Assembly: GCF_018350175.1 (NCBI RefSeq)
Contig: NC_058368.1
Location: 15,812,001-15,876,000 of the forward strand
Origin: Felis catus
Lineage: Eukaryota
Direction: 5' to 3'
DNA length: 64,000 nt
The notes under the pieces: generated by a model
The model's database searches: none
Seen by the model: the letters and a program-made list of their open reading frames with translations, nothing else
What the model was told of the DNA's origin: nothing
Position numbers and translations under genes: made by a program
Shown: one piece after another, positions 14,159 to 26,003 of the stretch
Layout of the letters: the number at the start of each line of letters is the position of its first letter
Numbering within the stretch: position 1 is the stretch's first letter

Positions 14159-14601
14159 CAGCAGCTCTACTTTTCTGTAACAGGGCAGTGGTGGATACCC
14201 AAGATTGGAAAAGAAGAGAACCGTTCTCAAAGGTTTATTCAACACGGTGGTCAGTGTTTATTTTTTCATTGTCAAATGCTGCTGATTCTTTAAAACATAA
14301 TAAAGTAATTTTTTCCATGTCTTTATTTTTTTTAATGGCAAAAGGTAAACACCCAGTCCCTAGTATGTTTAATGACTGTAAGTCAGTGAACAGAAATGTG
14401 CCATTAAAATCCAACATGGATGCTGCTTAAAATGTTATTTGCGGTAAGCAGGTTACATTTGTTTTTGAATTAAAGAAAAAAATCTAAATTAAGAGTTTTA
14501 AAATATGAGAAACCTATGTCCTCCAAAGCCGTTTGTATTTATACCCATCCTCCTTGGCAGTGATTTGACTATGGCAGAAAGAAGTAACTATTTAAAAAAC
14601 A

Positions 14602-14809
14602 TTTTTTTTTAAATGTTTATTTTTGAAGGAGAGAGAGACAGAGTGAGCAGAGGAAGGGCAGAGAGAGAGAGAGAGACACAGAATCCGAACCAGGCTCCGG
14701 GCTCTGAGCTGTCAGCACAGAGCTTGACACGGGGCTTGAACTCACGAGACGTGAGATCATGACCTGAGCTGAAGTTGGATGCTCAACCAACTGAACCACT
14801 CAGGTGCCC
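14602..14809 (-). mobile_element. CanSINE
   Basis: Typical body; source of ORF 14617..14799. Confidence 0.9.
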
Positions 14810-15073
14810 AGAAGGTAAGTATTTTTTAATGCTTCACAAAGATAAGGACAGATAATTGATCAGTTTAAATTGGGCATAATTCCAACACTGAATCGAGAGA
14901 TAAGCCCCCTATTTTCTGAAACAGATTTTGCAGGTGATTGCTAAGTAATTCACCAGTTAGGTTAACCTGGGCATACATTAAGTATTTCTGTACCCGTAAT
15001 ACAGTATTTTTATGGAAATGAAGGAAGAGAACATTCTAAAATACAACCACAAACATAATGAGCTACAACTTAC

Positions 15074-15167
15074 CATTGTGGTATAAAATAGGGGTCCAAA
15101 ATGAAGAGAAAACTTATGTGTGTTGATGAGGAGTGAAAACCATGTCTTTAATATCAATCTTATAGTA
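15074..15167 (-). CDS. SUPT20H: SUPT20H exon 2: 5' UTR ending in the initiator ATG (15074-15076)
   Basis: Acceptor tttggttttttag and donor ATG|GTAAGT. The ATG joins in frame to QQALELALDRAE, giving the known SUPT20H N-terminus MQQALELALDRAE. Confidence 0.9.
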
Positions 15168-15659
15168 CTAAAAAACCAAAAACAAAAGAAACCCATATTA
15201 ACATAAAGCTATTATGAGCAATGAGATTATTTCATTATTAACAAGGAAAACCATTTGAAAAATATAAATTTTTGAGTACATTTTTAAATAATCAGCAACA
15301 AAGAAATCACATACCACAATCTTTTGAATTGTTGAAAGGTACAGTTTTTATTAGGTACGGCAAAAAAAGTTTGCAAATTAAAATCATTACTTGCTTTCTA
15401 CAAAATACTTAACATCCAGGAGAGAAAAGAATGTTTATTAATCTCTCCATCACCACTGTTGCTGTCATTGTTCCCATGGGTCACTGTACAGTTCACTTTA
15501 CAAATCATACGTTTCATCATACCTGCTGATAAAAGTCCTCTAAAAATATTCCCCTAAACGTCCCAAGCTACATATTCCAGATGTCAGATGCAGCTCCAGT
15601 TCCTCCAGCCATTCCTTCCTCAAGCAAACTGGATACACTGCTGAAGAATCTCATTCCTC

Positions 15660-15806
15660 TAACACATGGATTCTCATCCTAGCTGCACAACATAATAATT
15701 TGGGGAGTTTTAAAAAGTGGTATACCCATGTCATATCTCCCAGAGATTCTGATTAATTGGTCTGGAGTAGGAACCAGGGATCAGCATTTATTTATGTATT
15801 GAGATT

Positions 15807-15838
<32 letters not shown>

Positions 15839-16030
15839 TGGGGGGGGGGGGGGTGATATTGTAAGCAAGCTCATCACTCAGTGCAGAGCCTGAGGCAGGG
15901 CTTGATCCCAAGACCTGGGGATCCTGACCTGAGCAGAAATCAAGAGTCAGACACTCAACCAACTAGAACACCCAGGCACCCCAATATTTACTGGGACCAG
16001 CATTTTTGAAACTCTCCAGGCAATTCAAAG
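15660..16030. mobile_element. MER5A-like DNA transposon split by a minus-strand CanSINE (~15787-15982)
   Basis: cccagagattctgattaattggtctggagtagg...cagcattt resumes as ccagcatttttgaaactctccagg after the SINE. Confidence 0.7.
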
Positions 16031-16899
16031 TCTAATTCTATATCTAACACCTTCTAACTTGTCTGTCTACATAACACTAAGCTAAAAAGCACATCTTCAA
16101 GTGACAAAAAACAGTGTTTTTCCACTGTAAAATGATTTTGGTTTCTGGTGAACCCAAAGCTTAGGTTTTGCCAGTCTGGGTTCAAGAAACAAACAAAAAC
16201 AAGTGACAGGCATCATACAAGTTCCAGGAATAGTATCTTAAAAAGTAAATAAGACATTAATCCTACCTTGCAATAGCTCTTAGATTCAATATGAATTTAA
16301 GTTAAGGTGAAAACTTTCTGACCAATGAATCTAAAGACGAAGGCATACCAGGTAGAGGCAAAATGCAGTGATTTTCAAATCATATCTTCTTCCACGAAAA
16401 TTGGGGGAGGGAGGATGGGAAGACGAAGCTTAGCAAACTTTAAGTTTTATAGATAAAAACCATTAACTACGTGTACAATTTACAAACCAAACATTATGAT
16501 TGTATGCAGGATTTGCCAGACACTGTGAGAAAACCACTGAAATTATCATCTCCATTTTACAGGATAAGGCACTCAAAACTAACGACTTTCCCAAGATCAC
16601 ACACAGACAAATTCAGTTCACACCTCTCTCAATTTTTACTCTTAGATTCTTTCTAGTAAAGCTTACGACCTTCAGGCTATTCAATCCAGCACCCATGTTT
16701 AGGTTTTTAAAAACAAAACACTAAAAAAAAAAAAAAAGACCAATTCTGCTCAGACTAATATACATATTTTTCCTTAATTTTGATCTAACTTTACTTCATG
16801 GTTCTCAACATGTACACGGAGTACACTGCACCCAATCTAACCCCGAAAATTCTTGTTAATCACTTTCTATTTTCCTACCCGGGACTTTAATGTATTGTA

Positions 16900-17890
16900 C
16901 TCAGGAAAACGCAGCCGCTCCTTCAAGCGAAGGTTGCAAGAGATGGTTTCCAGGAGCAGTTAGCTATTAAGTAAAATTCTGAACTCCCGGTAACCAATGC
17001 GACAACCAGCAATTGATCCAACTGTAAAACTCGCAATCGGTTCCATCGCTTTTCCTGATCGATCTGACTCTTCAACTGTTCGAACTGTTTTCTTTCCAAC
17101 AACTTAGGGTTTAGCAGTATAACGCCGCAACTCAACAGCCAGGCGACCAGCCTTTATTCAATATGGACACCAAGAAACCCTCCCCCCAATCCCCAGAAGC
17201 GCCACGCGAAATTCTCGGGAATTTCCGGAAATACCTATACCTGGAATCCAAAAGTGAAAACTACAACGAAAAGCGTTGCTTGTTAGCACTTCGAGAGGCA
17301 ACTGAGGCGACTACCTGGAAGGTGCAGGGCCGGGGGGGCGGGTGGTGCTCAGCTCAGCCCGCCCCGCCTACGGGAACGCCGTCCTCCTCCTGCGGGATCC
17401 GGGGTCTGGAAAGCCGCGAAAAGCCACTCGGGAAACCGCTCACTCACCTCTGACCCCGGCCAAGATCTCGCGTGCCTAACCTTCCGCAGCGGTCACGCCT
17501 CTCCCACCCGCCACCGCCCACCTGTGCGGGATGCCGGCGCGCTGGGCGTCATGACGGCGCCGCTGACTTTGCCGGAATGCGACATGCGGGAACGGGCCCC
17601 GCGCTGGAGGCTGCAGGCTCGCTCCGCACGTACCTCACGGGCGCGCCGCAGCTCAGCTGAAGGGTGGTTCCGGCGTCCGCACTTCCGACTGGCGCGCAGG
17701 GCGGAGCGAGCCTGTAAACCGCGGGCGGAAGAGGTGGAGCTGGGACGGCTCGGTGGCCCCCGGGAGGCTCGCGGAGCCAGGGGGAGGTGTCGCAGGGGTT
17801 GGTACCTACAAGGTTCGTGGGGACTGAGGTCCGGCAGGGGGCGGGGTCCATATTCTCCTTCGCTGGCCCATCTTCCAGTACTGTAAAATG
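16900..17890. promoter_or_regulatory. CpG island / SUPT20H promoter
   Basis: Sharp rise in GC and CpG against an AT-rich, CpG-depleted background (core ~17190-17880). Contains ETS-type motifs (ACTTCCG ~17681, TTCCGG ~17668, GCGGAAG ~17725) and a GC box GGGGCGGGG (~17838-17846). No TATA box seen. Confidence 0.9.
17448..17700 (-). other. SUPT20H: SUPT20H non-coding exon 1 (TSS approximate; candidate donors after 17634 and after 17448)
   Basis: Lies in the CpG island upstream of the ATG-bearing exon. Minus-strand donors are GAG|GTGAGT (exon end 17448) and GAG|GTACGT (exon end 17634). The TSS cannot be fixed from sequence alone. Confidence 0.6.
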
Positions 17891-18679
17891 CGGGATAGGT
17901 TGTGGCTATTTGGTGGGTAGGGTGCCTTTTTGAATTTCTAGAACGAAGAAACTTGCCCTGAGCTTTTATTGCCCAACCCATGCAAATGGAAGCAAATGTC
18001 ACCATTCCTACAGTTACTAGTCCAAGCCTTTCAGCCCTCGATAGTGTATTGTAAAATGCCAATGAATTTAATGTTTAAAAAATTCCGAAAAACAGACAAA
18101 AGTAACCTCACTGGGGAGTTCTAACAATTCAGAAATGGAATAACCAGGATATATTGCAATGTCTGATTGCAGTTCTGTACCTTTAAACAACTTTGATTTT
18201 TTGGTTATAAACTTTATTGTTAATATTGAGGTGAAATTCACAGAATATAAAATGAAACATTTTAAGAGTATAATTCAGTAGCATTTGTTACGTTCACGAT
18301 GTGCAACCAACAACTCTTAATTCCAAAACATTTTTATCACCTCCATTAAGGACTTTCCATTTTTCCCTCTCTTAGACTTTAGCAGACAATAATTACTTGG
18401 TGTATTTACCTAATATGGATATTTCACATAAATGGAGTGTGTGACCTTTTTTGTGTCTTTCACTTAGTATAATGTTTTCCAAGTCCACTCAGTATTTCAT
18501 TCCTTTTTCTGGTTTATATTCTGTTCCATTGTATGTAAATACCACAATTGTATGCATTCCTCCATTGGTTACCATTTGGGTCATTTACACCTTTGGGCTA
18601 TTGTGTGTAGTGCTGCTATGGATATTTGTGTGGAAGAATTTGAGTCCTGGTATTCAATTGGGGGGGAGGGTAGGATGGT

Positions 18680-19162
18680 ATGTACTATTACAGAAAACCA
18701 GGGCCTGACATAGTTCAAGTATTAAAAAGAGATTTTAATCAGGAACTATTGCAAAAGAGGGAAAGAGACCTCAGTATAGAACTGAGCTCACTTCCAAATA
18801 GAGCATGAACAAGTAGGGATTTATAGCCAAGGAGCAGAGTTGGAGGGCAGTGGGTGGAATTTTTTTTTTTTTTTTTTTGCCTCTTTCTCTCCCTCTTTTT
18901 TTTTTTTTTTTGGATGGAAATTTCTTAGTAAGAAATACAGGGATTGGGGGAATTCTGGCTAAGTTGACTTGACAGGGTTCTGGCTGAAGGCACATCAGAG
19001 TGATCAGACACCAAGGGTGGATGGAGATTGAGAGTTTGATCAGATATTGAAGGTGATCAGATATCTAGGTGGGTGTTCTTTGTAATCTGATTTAGGGTTC
19101 TTGCTACAACTGGTTGATACATGTCCCACAAGGCAGACTAAAATCATGGAGAGAGTCTTTGC
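18680..19162. mobile_element. ERV LTR-like insertion (family unresolved)
   Basis: ~480-bp non-L1 block interrupting the L1M; LTR-like text (aggaactattgcaaaagaggg...gggatttatagccaaggagcag) and a CA end. Confidence 0.55.
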
Positions 19163-19354
19163 AAAATACTAGGAGTGGAATTTCTGGGTCATATGGTGAT
19201 TTTATCCTTAAATATTTGAGGAGTTGATAAACCATTTTCCACAGTGGCAGAGACATTTTATGTACTAACAACGTGTGGTGGTTCCAGTTTCTCCACATCC
19301 TCACCAACATTTCTCTTTCCCCTCCTCCTCTTCCTTCTTCTTTTTCTTTTTTTT

Positions 19355-19584
19355 TTAATTAAAAAAAAAATTTTTTTTTTTAACGTTTATTTACTTTTGA
19401 GACAGAGAGAGACAGAGCATGAACAGGGGAGGGGCAGAGGGAGAGGGAGACACAGAATCCGAAACAGGCTCCAGGCTGTGAGCTGTCAGCCCAGAGCCCA
19501 ACGCAGGGCTTGAACTGACGGACCGCGAGATCATGACCTGAGCCGAAGTCGGCCGCCCAACCGACCAAGCCACCCAGGCGCCCC
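19355..19584 (-). mobile_element. CanSINE
   Basis: CpG-retaining feline-type body. Confidence 0.92.
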
Positions 19585-19808
19585 TTCTTCTTTTTCTTCT
19601 TCTTTTTTTTAATTATAGCCATCCTACTAGGTATGAAATAGTATCTCATTGTGGTTTTGATTTGCATTTTCCTAAGGCTAGTGATGTTACACATCTTTTC
19701 ATGCCCTTTTGTCCATTTATATATCTTTGGAGAAGACATTATTCAAGTTATTTTTTTTATTCAAGTTATTTTTTTTATTCGTTACTTTATTCAAGTCCTT
19801 TGCCTCTC

Positions 19809-21756
19809 TTTTTTTTTTTCAATATAATTTATTATCAAGTTGGCTAACATACACTGTACACAGTGTGCTCTTGGTTTGAGGGGTAGATTCCCGTGATTCA
19901 TCACTTAAATACAACACCCAGTGCTCATCCCAAAACGTGCCCTCCTCAATACCCATCACCTGTTTTCCCCTCTCCCCTGCTCCCCACCCATCAATCCTCA
20001 GTTTGTTCTCTGAATTTATGGTTCTCCCTCTCTAACTATATTTTTCCCCTTCCCTTCCCCCATGGTCTCTGTTAACTTTCTCAAGTTCCACATATGAGTG
20101 AAAACATATGATATCTTTCTCTGACTGACCTATTGCATTTAGCATAATACCCTCCAGTTCCATCCACATTGCTGCAGATGGCAGGATTTCATTCTTTATC
20201 ATTGCCAAGTAGTATTCCATTGTATATATAGACCACATCTTTATTCATCAGTTGATGGACATTTAGGCCCTTTCCATAATTTGGCTATTGTTGAAAGTGC
20301 TGCTATAAACATTGGGGTATATGTGCCCCTATGCATCAGCACTTCTGTGTCCTTTGGATAAATTCCTAGTAGTGCTATTGCTGGGTCGTAGGGTAGTTCT
20401 ATTTTAATTTTTTGAGGAACCTCCATACTGTTTTCCAGAGCAGCTACACCAGTTTGCATTCCCACCAACAGTGCAAGAGGGTTCCTGTTTCTCCACTGCC
20501 AACGTCTATTGTTTCCTGAGTTGTTAATTTCAGCAACTCTGACAGGTGTGAGGTGGTATCTCAACGTGGTTTTGATTTGTATTTCCCTGATGATGAGTGA
20601 TGTTGAGTGTCTTTTCATGTGTCTCTTGGCCATCTGGATGTCTTCTTTGGAAAAGTGTCTATTCATGTCTTCTGCCCATTTGTTCACTGGATTATTTGTT
20701 TTTCAGGTGTTGAGTTTGGTAAGTTCTTTATAGATTTTTGGATACTAACCCTTTATCCAATATGTCACTTGAAAATATCTTTTCCTATTCTGTTGGTTGC
20801 CTTTTAGTTTGGTTGATTGTTTCCTTTGCAGTGCAGAAGCTTTTTATCTTAATGAGGTCCCAATAGTTCATTTTTGCTTTTAATTCCCTTGCTTTTGGGG
20901 ATGTGTCAAGTCAGAAATTGCTATGGCTGAGGTCAAAGAGGTTGTTGCCTGCTTGCTCCTCTAGGGTTTTGATGGTTTCCTCTTTCACAATTAGGTTTCT
21001 CATCCATTTTGAGTTTATTTTTGTGTATGGTGTAAGAAAGTGGTCTAGTTTCATTTTTTTGCAGGAGACTGTCTTTTTTCCATTGGATACTCTTTCCTAC
21101 TTTGTCAAAGATTAGCTGACCATACATTTGTGGGTCCAATTCTGAATTCTCTAGTCTATTCTATTGGTCTATGTGTCTGTTTTTGTGCCAATACCATACT
21201 GTCTTGATGTTTACAGCTTTGTAGTAGTGGCTACAGTCTGGGATTGTGATGCCTTCCACTTTGGTTTTTATTTTTCAAACTTACTTTGGTTATTCGGGGT
21301 CTTTTGTGGTTCCATACAAATTTTAGGATTGTTTGTTCCAGCTTTGAGAAGAATGCTGGTGCAATTTTGATTGGGATTGCATTGAATGTGTAGATTGTTT
21401 TGGGTAGTATTGATATTTTAACAATATTTATTCTTCCAATCCATGAGCATGGAATGTTTTTCCATTTCTTTGTGTCTTCTTCAATTTCCTTCATAAGTTT
21501 CCTATAGTTTTCAGCATACAGATCTTTTACATCTTTGGTTAGGTTTATTCCCAGGTATTTTATGGTTCTTGATGCAATTGTAAATAGGATCGATTTCTTG
21601 ATTTCTCTCTCTGTTGCTTCATTATTGGTGTGTAGAAATGCAACTGATATCTGTACATTCATTTTGTATCCTGCAACTCTGCTGAATTCCCGTTATCAGT
21701 TCTAGCAGCTTTTTGGTGGAGTCTTTCAGGTTTAACACGTAGAGTATCGTGTCATC
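19809..21756 (-). mobile_element. 5'-truncated carnivore/feline LINE-1 (ORF2 C-terminal remnant plus 3' UTR)
   Basis: ORFs 20241..20687 and 21231..21662 encode L1 ORF2 pieces; flanked by tcctttgcct(c/a)tctt TSD. Confidence 0.92.
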
Positions 21757-21994
21757 TCCTTTGCCTATCTTTTAATTGGGTTGTCTTTGTTTAAGTTATG
21801 AGTTGATCTATATTCTGGATTCTAGACCCTTATCAGATGTATGATTTGCAAATATTTTCTCCCATTCTGTAGGTTGTCTTTTCACTGTCTTGCTGATGCC
21901 CATTGATGCACAAACTTAAATTTTTGAACAAAGCCTAGTTTATTTTTTCTACTATGGCTTGTGCTTTTGACATCATACTTAAAAACCCATTACC

Positions 21995-22210
21995 GTGGTG
22001 CCTGGGTGGCTCAGTTGGTTGAGTGTCTGACTTTGGCTCAGGTCATGATCTCACAGCTTGTGAGTTTGAGCCCTGCGTCGGGCTCTGTGCTGACAGCTCG
22101 GAGCCTGGAGCCTGCTTCGGATTCTGTGTCTCCCTCTCTCTCTGCCCCTAACCCACTCACGTTCTGTCTCTGTCTCTCTCAAAAATAAAAATAAACATTA
22201 AAAAAAAATT
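21995..22210 (+). mobile_element. CanSINE
   Basis: TSD ttaaaaacccattacc on both sides. Confidence 0.92.
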
Positions 22211-22245
22211 TTAAAAACCCATTACCAAATCCAAGTTCATAAGGG

Positions 22246-22712
22246 TTGTCAAAAACTGAATTCTGCATACTGAGTGAAGTAGAAGGATGAGTTTATTGCA
22301 GGATAAAGCAGAAGGATGAGTTTATTGCAGTTGTTTTGACCTGTAAGCTGGGAAACTCAAGGCTAAAAGAATAATGAGTTTCAAGTTGCTCATAGACTAA
22401 AAGGTGTTTATGGAGTTAAATGTGGAAGTTACTTGGCTTTTTCTGTTGATTGGTTGCTTGGTCTTCTTTCTTATTTGTATCAGTGTAACTGAAACGAGAG
22501 ATAGGAGAAACAAGAAAGTTCAAAGATGTTATGAACAGACTTGGCATTGGGGATTGTCTAGCATCCTGTGCTGATTTCTGAGAAGAGCCATAAATTACTG
22601 CAATTTGTCAGGTAAGGCTAAGTTTTATTTATTTTTTAATGTGCGTGCATTGGCCAACACCATTTTGTTGCCATGATAAGTGACTCCATTTTAGTTTTAA
22701 TTTTATAGTATT
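22246..22712. mobile_element. Probable ERV LTR insertion (family unresolved)
   Basis: ~470-bp block starting TGT that interrupts collinear L1M sequence; tttatt and gattgg motifs suggest poly(A) and CCAAT signals on the minus strand. Confidence 0.5.
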
Positions 22713-22987
22713 TAACCCTAGGATTTCCTATAAGAATTTTATGATTTTTAGCTCATGTATTTAAGTCATTGGTTCACATTCAGCTAGTTTTTGTACATGT
22801 TGTGTAATCAGGTTTTTGTTCCATTCTTTTGTATGTTGTCCCAGAACCATTTGTTGAAGAGACTATTCTTACTCCCAATGACCGGTTTTGACCTCCTTAT
22901 AAAAAATCAATCTGCCATGCATGTATGGGTTTGTTTCTAGACTGTTAATTCTATTTCATTGGTCTATATGTCTATCCTATGTCAGTA

Positions 22988-23471
22988 TAGGTATTCCCTG
23001 CTTTTCAAAAGTTTGTGTTATACCACTTTGCTTTTACAAAAGACCTACATTACTACCTACTTTTGCTAACTGAAAGAAATCTGAAAAGGATTTGCCCTTT
23101 TATGACAAAAGGTAAAAAGAGACACTAGCGTTCAGCATTTGTTTTGCAGTGAGTCTTTATAGAGGCAGTGTGCACCCTTAGCCATAAGAGAGGCACAGCC
23201 AAGCTCTTTCCCTGGGAACTACATCTTAGCACCAAGCCATCATAGCTTTGAACTGTACCTGTGAGCATCTGTGCTTAATCTTGATGTATGTTGTGCATTC
23301 ATTAGCAAGATCAGAGTATGAGAAAAGCCTACTACAAATTATTTTTGGGGCCTGGGAATGTTCAAAAATATTTTCCATCTAAATTTATGGTAATTGCTTC
23401 TTCACTCCTTGCCATTTCTGTTTATGAAAGGTTTCATAGGAACTCATTTTTGGATAGTAGGAAGAAACCTG
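22988..23471. mobile_element. Tigger-type (Tc1/mariner/pogo) non-autonomous DNA transposon
   Basis: Imperfect terminal inverted repeats (taggtattccctgcttttcaaaa / tttggatagtaggaagaaacctg); inserted at a TA in L1 (cagta|...|caccacactg). Confidence 0.75.
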
Positions 23472-23574
23472 CACCACACTGTTTTGATTACAGTAGCTTT
23501 GTAGTAAGTTTTGAAATTGGGACGTGTAAGTCCTCCAGTTTTGTTCTTCTCTAATATTATTTTTTATTTAAAAA

Positions 23575-23806
23575 ATAGTTTTTTTATTTAAAAAAAATTT
23601 GTAATGTTTATTATTTTTGAGAGACAGAGAGAGACAGAGTGCAAGCAGGGGAGGGACAGAGAGAGAGGGAGACACAGAATCCCAAGCAGGTTCCAGGCTC
23701 TGTGCTGTCAGCACAGAGCCCAACATGAGGCTTGAACTCACAGACTGCAAGATCATGACCTGAGCTGATGTCAGCTGCTTAACTGACTGAGCCACTCAGG
23801 TGCCCC
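23575..23806 (-). mobile_element. CanSINE
   Basis: TSD tctctaatattatttt. Confidence 0.92.
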
Positions 23807-24073
23807 TCTCTAATATTATTTTGGCTATCCTGCAACTTAATATGAATTTGAGGGTTAGCCTTTCCATTTTTGCAAAATGCCAAAGGGATTGTATTGAATT
23901 GGTAGAACACTTTAATAAGTATTGGTCTGTTAATCCAATCCATGAGCATGATGTCTTTCCATTTATTTAGGTCTTCTTTAATTGTTTTTCATCAGTGTTT
24001 TGTGAGTTTTAGTACACAAACTTTTCACCTTTCTAATTAAATTTATCCCTAGATATTTCATCTTTTTGAATGC

Positions 24074-24476
24074 TGTCTTAGTCTGCTTAGGTTGCTGTGA
24101 CAAAATACCACACACCAAGTGCCTTAAACAATAGAAATTTCTTTCTTACAGTTCTAGACACTGGGAATCCAAGATCAAGGTTCTGGCCAATGTGGTTTCT
24201 GGTGAGAGTTTTCTTTTGGGCTTGTAGACAGCTCCCTTCTCACTTTGCCCTTCCATAGTGGGGAGGGAGAGAAGGAAAGGGAGACAGAGTATACTCTTGT
24301 GTCTGTTCTTATAAAGCTACTAATCTATCAGATCAGGGCCTTACCCTTATGATGTCATTTAACCTTAAATTACCTCTTTATAGGCCTTATCTCCAAAAAA
24401 CAATCACATTGGGGATTAGGGCTTCAACATATGGATTTGATGGGGGGTGGGGAGGGAGATGATTCACTCCATAGCA
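24074..24476. mobile_element. MaLR solo LTR (MLT1/MST-like)
   Basis: tgtcttagtctgcttaggttgctgtgacaaaataccac...tccaagatcaagg...ttcactccatagca with TG...CA termini. Confidence 0.85.
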
Positions 24477-24619
24477 GATGATATTATAAATGCAATTATT
24501 ACTTAATTTACTTTTTGGATTATTCATTGTTGGTGTATTAAAAAAAACACAACAAAAGTTTTTTGAGTGCTGATCTTGTACTCTGGAAATTTGCCAGATT
24601 TGTTTATTAGCTCTAATAG

Positions 24620-24620
<1 letters not shown>

Positions 24621-24663
<43 letters not shown>
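24621..24663. repeat. (TG)n microsatellite
   Basis: About 21 TG units seen directly. Confidence 0.95.
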
Positions 24664-24664
<1 letters not shown>

Positions 24665-24789
24665 CTTTAGGGTTTCTATGTATATAGTATTATAGCATCT
24701 GTTAATTGAGATAGTTTTACTTCTTCTTCACAACTTGGATGCCTTTTAATTCTTTCTCTTGCCTAATTGCTTTGGCTAGAGTTATTCTT

Positions 24790-25138
24790 TCATTTTAAGG
24801 AATTGGCTCATGCAATTGTGGAAGCTGGCAAGTCTGAAATTTATAGGGCAGACTGGTAAGCTGAAAACTCAGGCAGGAGTTGATGCTGCAATCTTGAGAC
24901 AGAATTTGTTCTTTTCCAAGAAACCTCAGTTTTTGCTGTAAAGGCCTTCATGTATTATCAAACTTGATTAAAAAAGTCCTACCCATGTCATCAAGAATAA
25001 TCTCCTTTACTTAGAATCAATCAATTGTAGATGAAAAACACATCTACAAAATACCTTCACAGTACACCTGGGTTACTGTTTGATTAGATAGGTGGGTACT
25101 GTGGCCTAGCAAAGTTGACACGTAAAACCAACCATCAC
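24790..25138. mobile_element. MLT2-type ERVL LTR fragment
   Basis: aaggaattggctcatgcaattgtggaagctggcaagtctgaaat...aagttgacacgtaaaaccaaccatcac. Confidence 0.8.
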
Positions 25139-25477
25139 GCCCAGTGTGATAGATAGTTTTATTAGTTTATAATTTTTTTAAATAAAAAAATTCACTTTTC
25201 TCATGGCTTAAGTTTGGGTAGAGTATACTTCCCCACCCTAGTGACTTTGCATTTTGCCATATGACTTACTTTGGCCAATGGAATTGTGAGTGGATGTAAC
25301 ATGTGTCCACTAATTGGGAAATTAGCTGGGGTCTTGGAGAGAAGGAGAAGGCATGTATATTCTGAATCCTTTGGCTTTTCATGTGCACATGTGTGTTTGT
25401 ATGTGTGTGTTTCTGTAGGCAATTATATAGTGTCCAGCTTGAAATGGCTCCTACTGGCAAAAGAAATAATACTTGCA

Positions 25478-25694
25478 GGGGCGCCTGGGTGGCGCAGTCG
25501 GTTAAGCGTCCGACTTCAGCCAGGTCACGATCTCGCGGTCCGTGAGTTCGAGCCCCGCGTCAGGCTCTGGGCTGATGGCTCAGAGCCTGGAGCCTGTTTC
25601 CGATTCTGTGTCTCCCTCTCTCTCTGCCCCCCCCCCCCCCCCCGTTCATGCTCTGTCTCTCTCTGTCCCAAAAATAAATAAACGTTGAAAAAAA
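25478..25694 (+). mobile_element. Young feline CanSINE
   Basis: CpGs intact, cagccaggtcacg variant; TSD aaaagaaataatacttgca. Confidence 0.95.
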
Positions 25695-25787
25695 AAAAGA
25701 AATAATACTTGCAGCACCAAGGATAATTAAAAGGTTTTTACTGCAATGGATTGAAGCATATTAAATATGTTAAGAGTACATGAATTC

Positions 25788-26003
25788 TTTTTTCTTTTTT
25801 TAATGTTTATTTATTTATTTTGAGAGAGAGAGAGAGTGTATGAATGAGCAGGGGAGGGGCAGAGAGAGAGAGAGAGAGAGATCGAGAATCCCAAGCAAGC
25901 TCCTTGCTGACAGTGCAGAGCCCAATGTGAGGCTTGAACTCATGAACGATGAGATTAGGAACTGAGCCAAAACCAAGGTTTGGCTGATTAACTGAGCCAC
26001 CCC
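25788..26003 (-). mobile_element. CanSINE
   Basis: Reverse body with (GA)n. Confidence 0.85.

Larger units (their letters stand above)
18220..24780 (-). mobile_element. Old L1M-type LINE-1 (3' UTR and ORF2 3' part) fragmented by many nested insertions
   Basis: L1 3' end text at ~18220 and collinear ORF2 remnants that resume after each insertion (~19163, 19610, 21757, 22715, 23472, 23807, 24479). Confidence 0.8.

Noticed and set aside
17493..18062. 189-aa minus-strand ORF and overlapping 100-120 aa ORFs in the CpG island
   Set aside because: Arg/Ala/Pro-rich frames are expected from stop-codon scarcity in GC-rich DNA; no recognisable domain, and the long ORF starts upstream of the probable TSS.
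19738..19800. Short direct repeats attcaagttatttttttt resembling an array
   Set aside because: Slippage-type duplications in an old L1 next to an insertion site; no spacers, and the context is eukaryotic.
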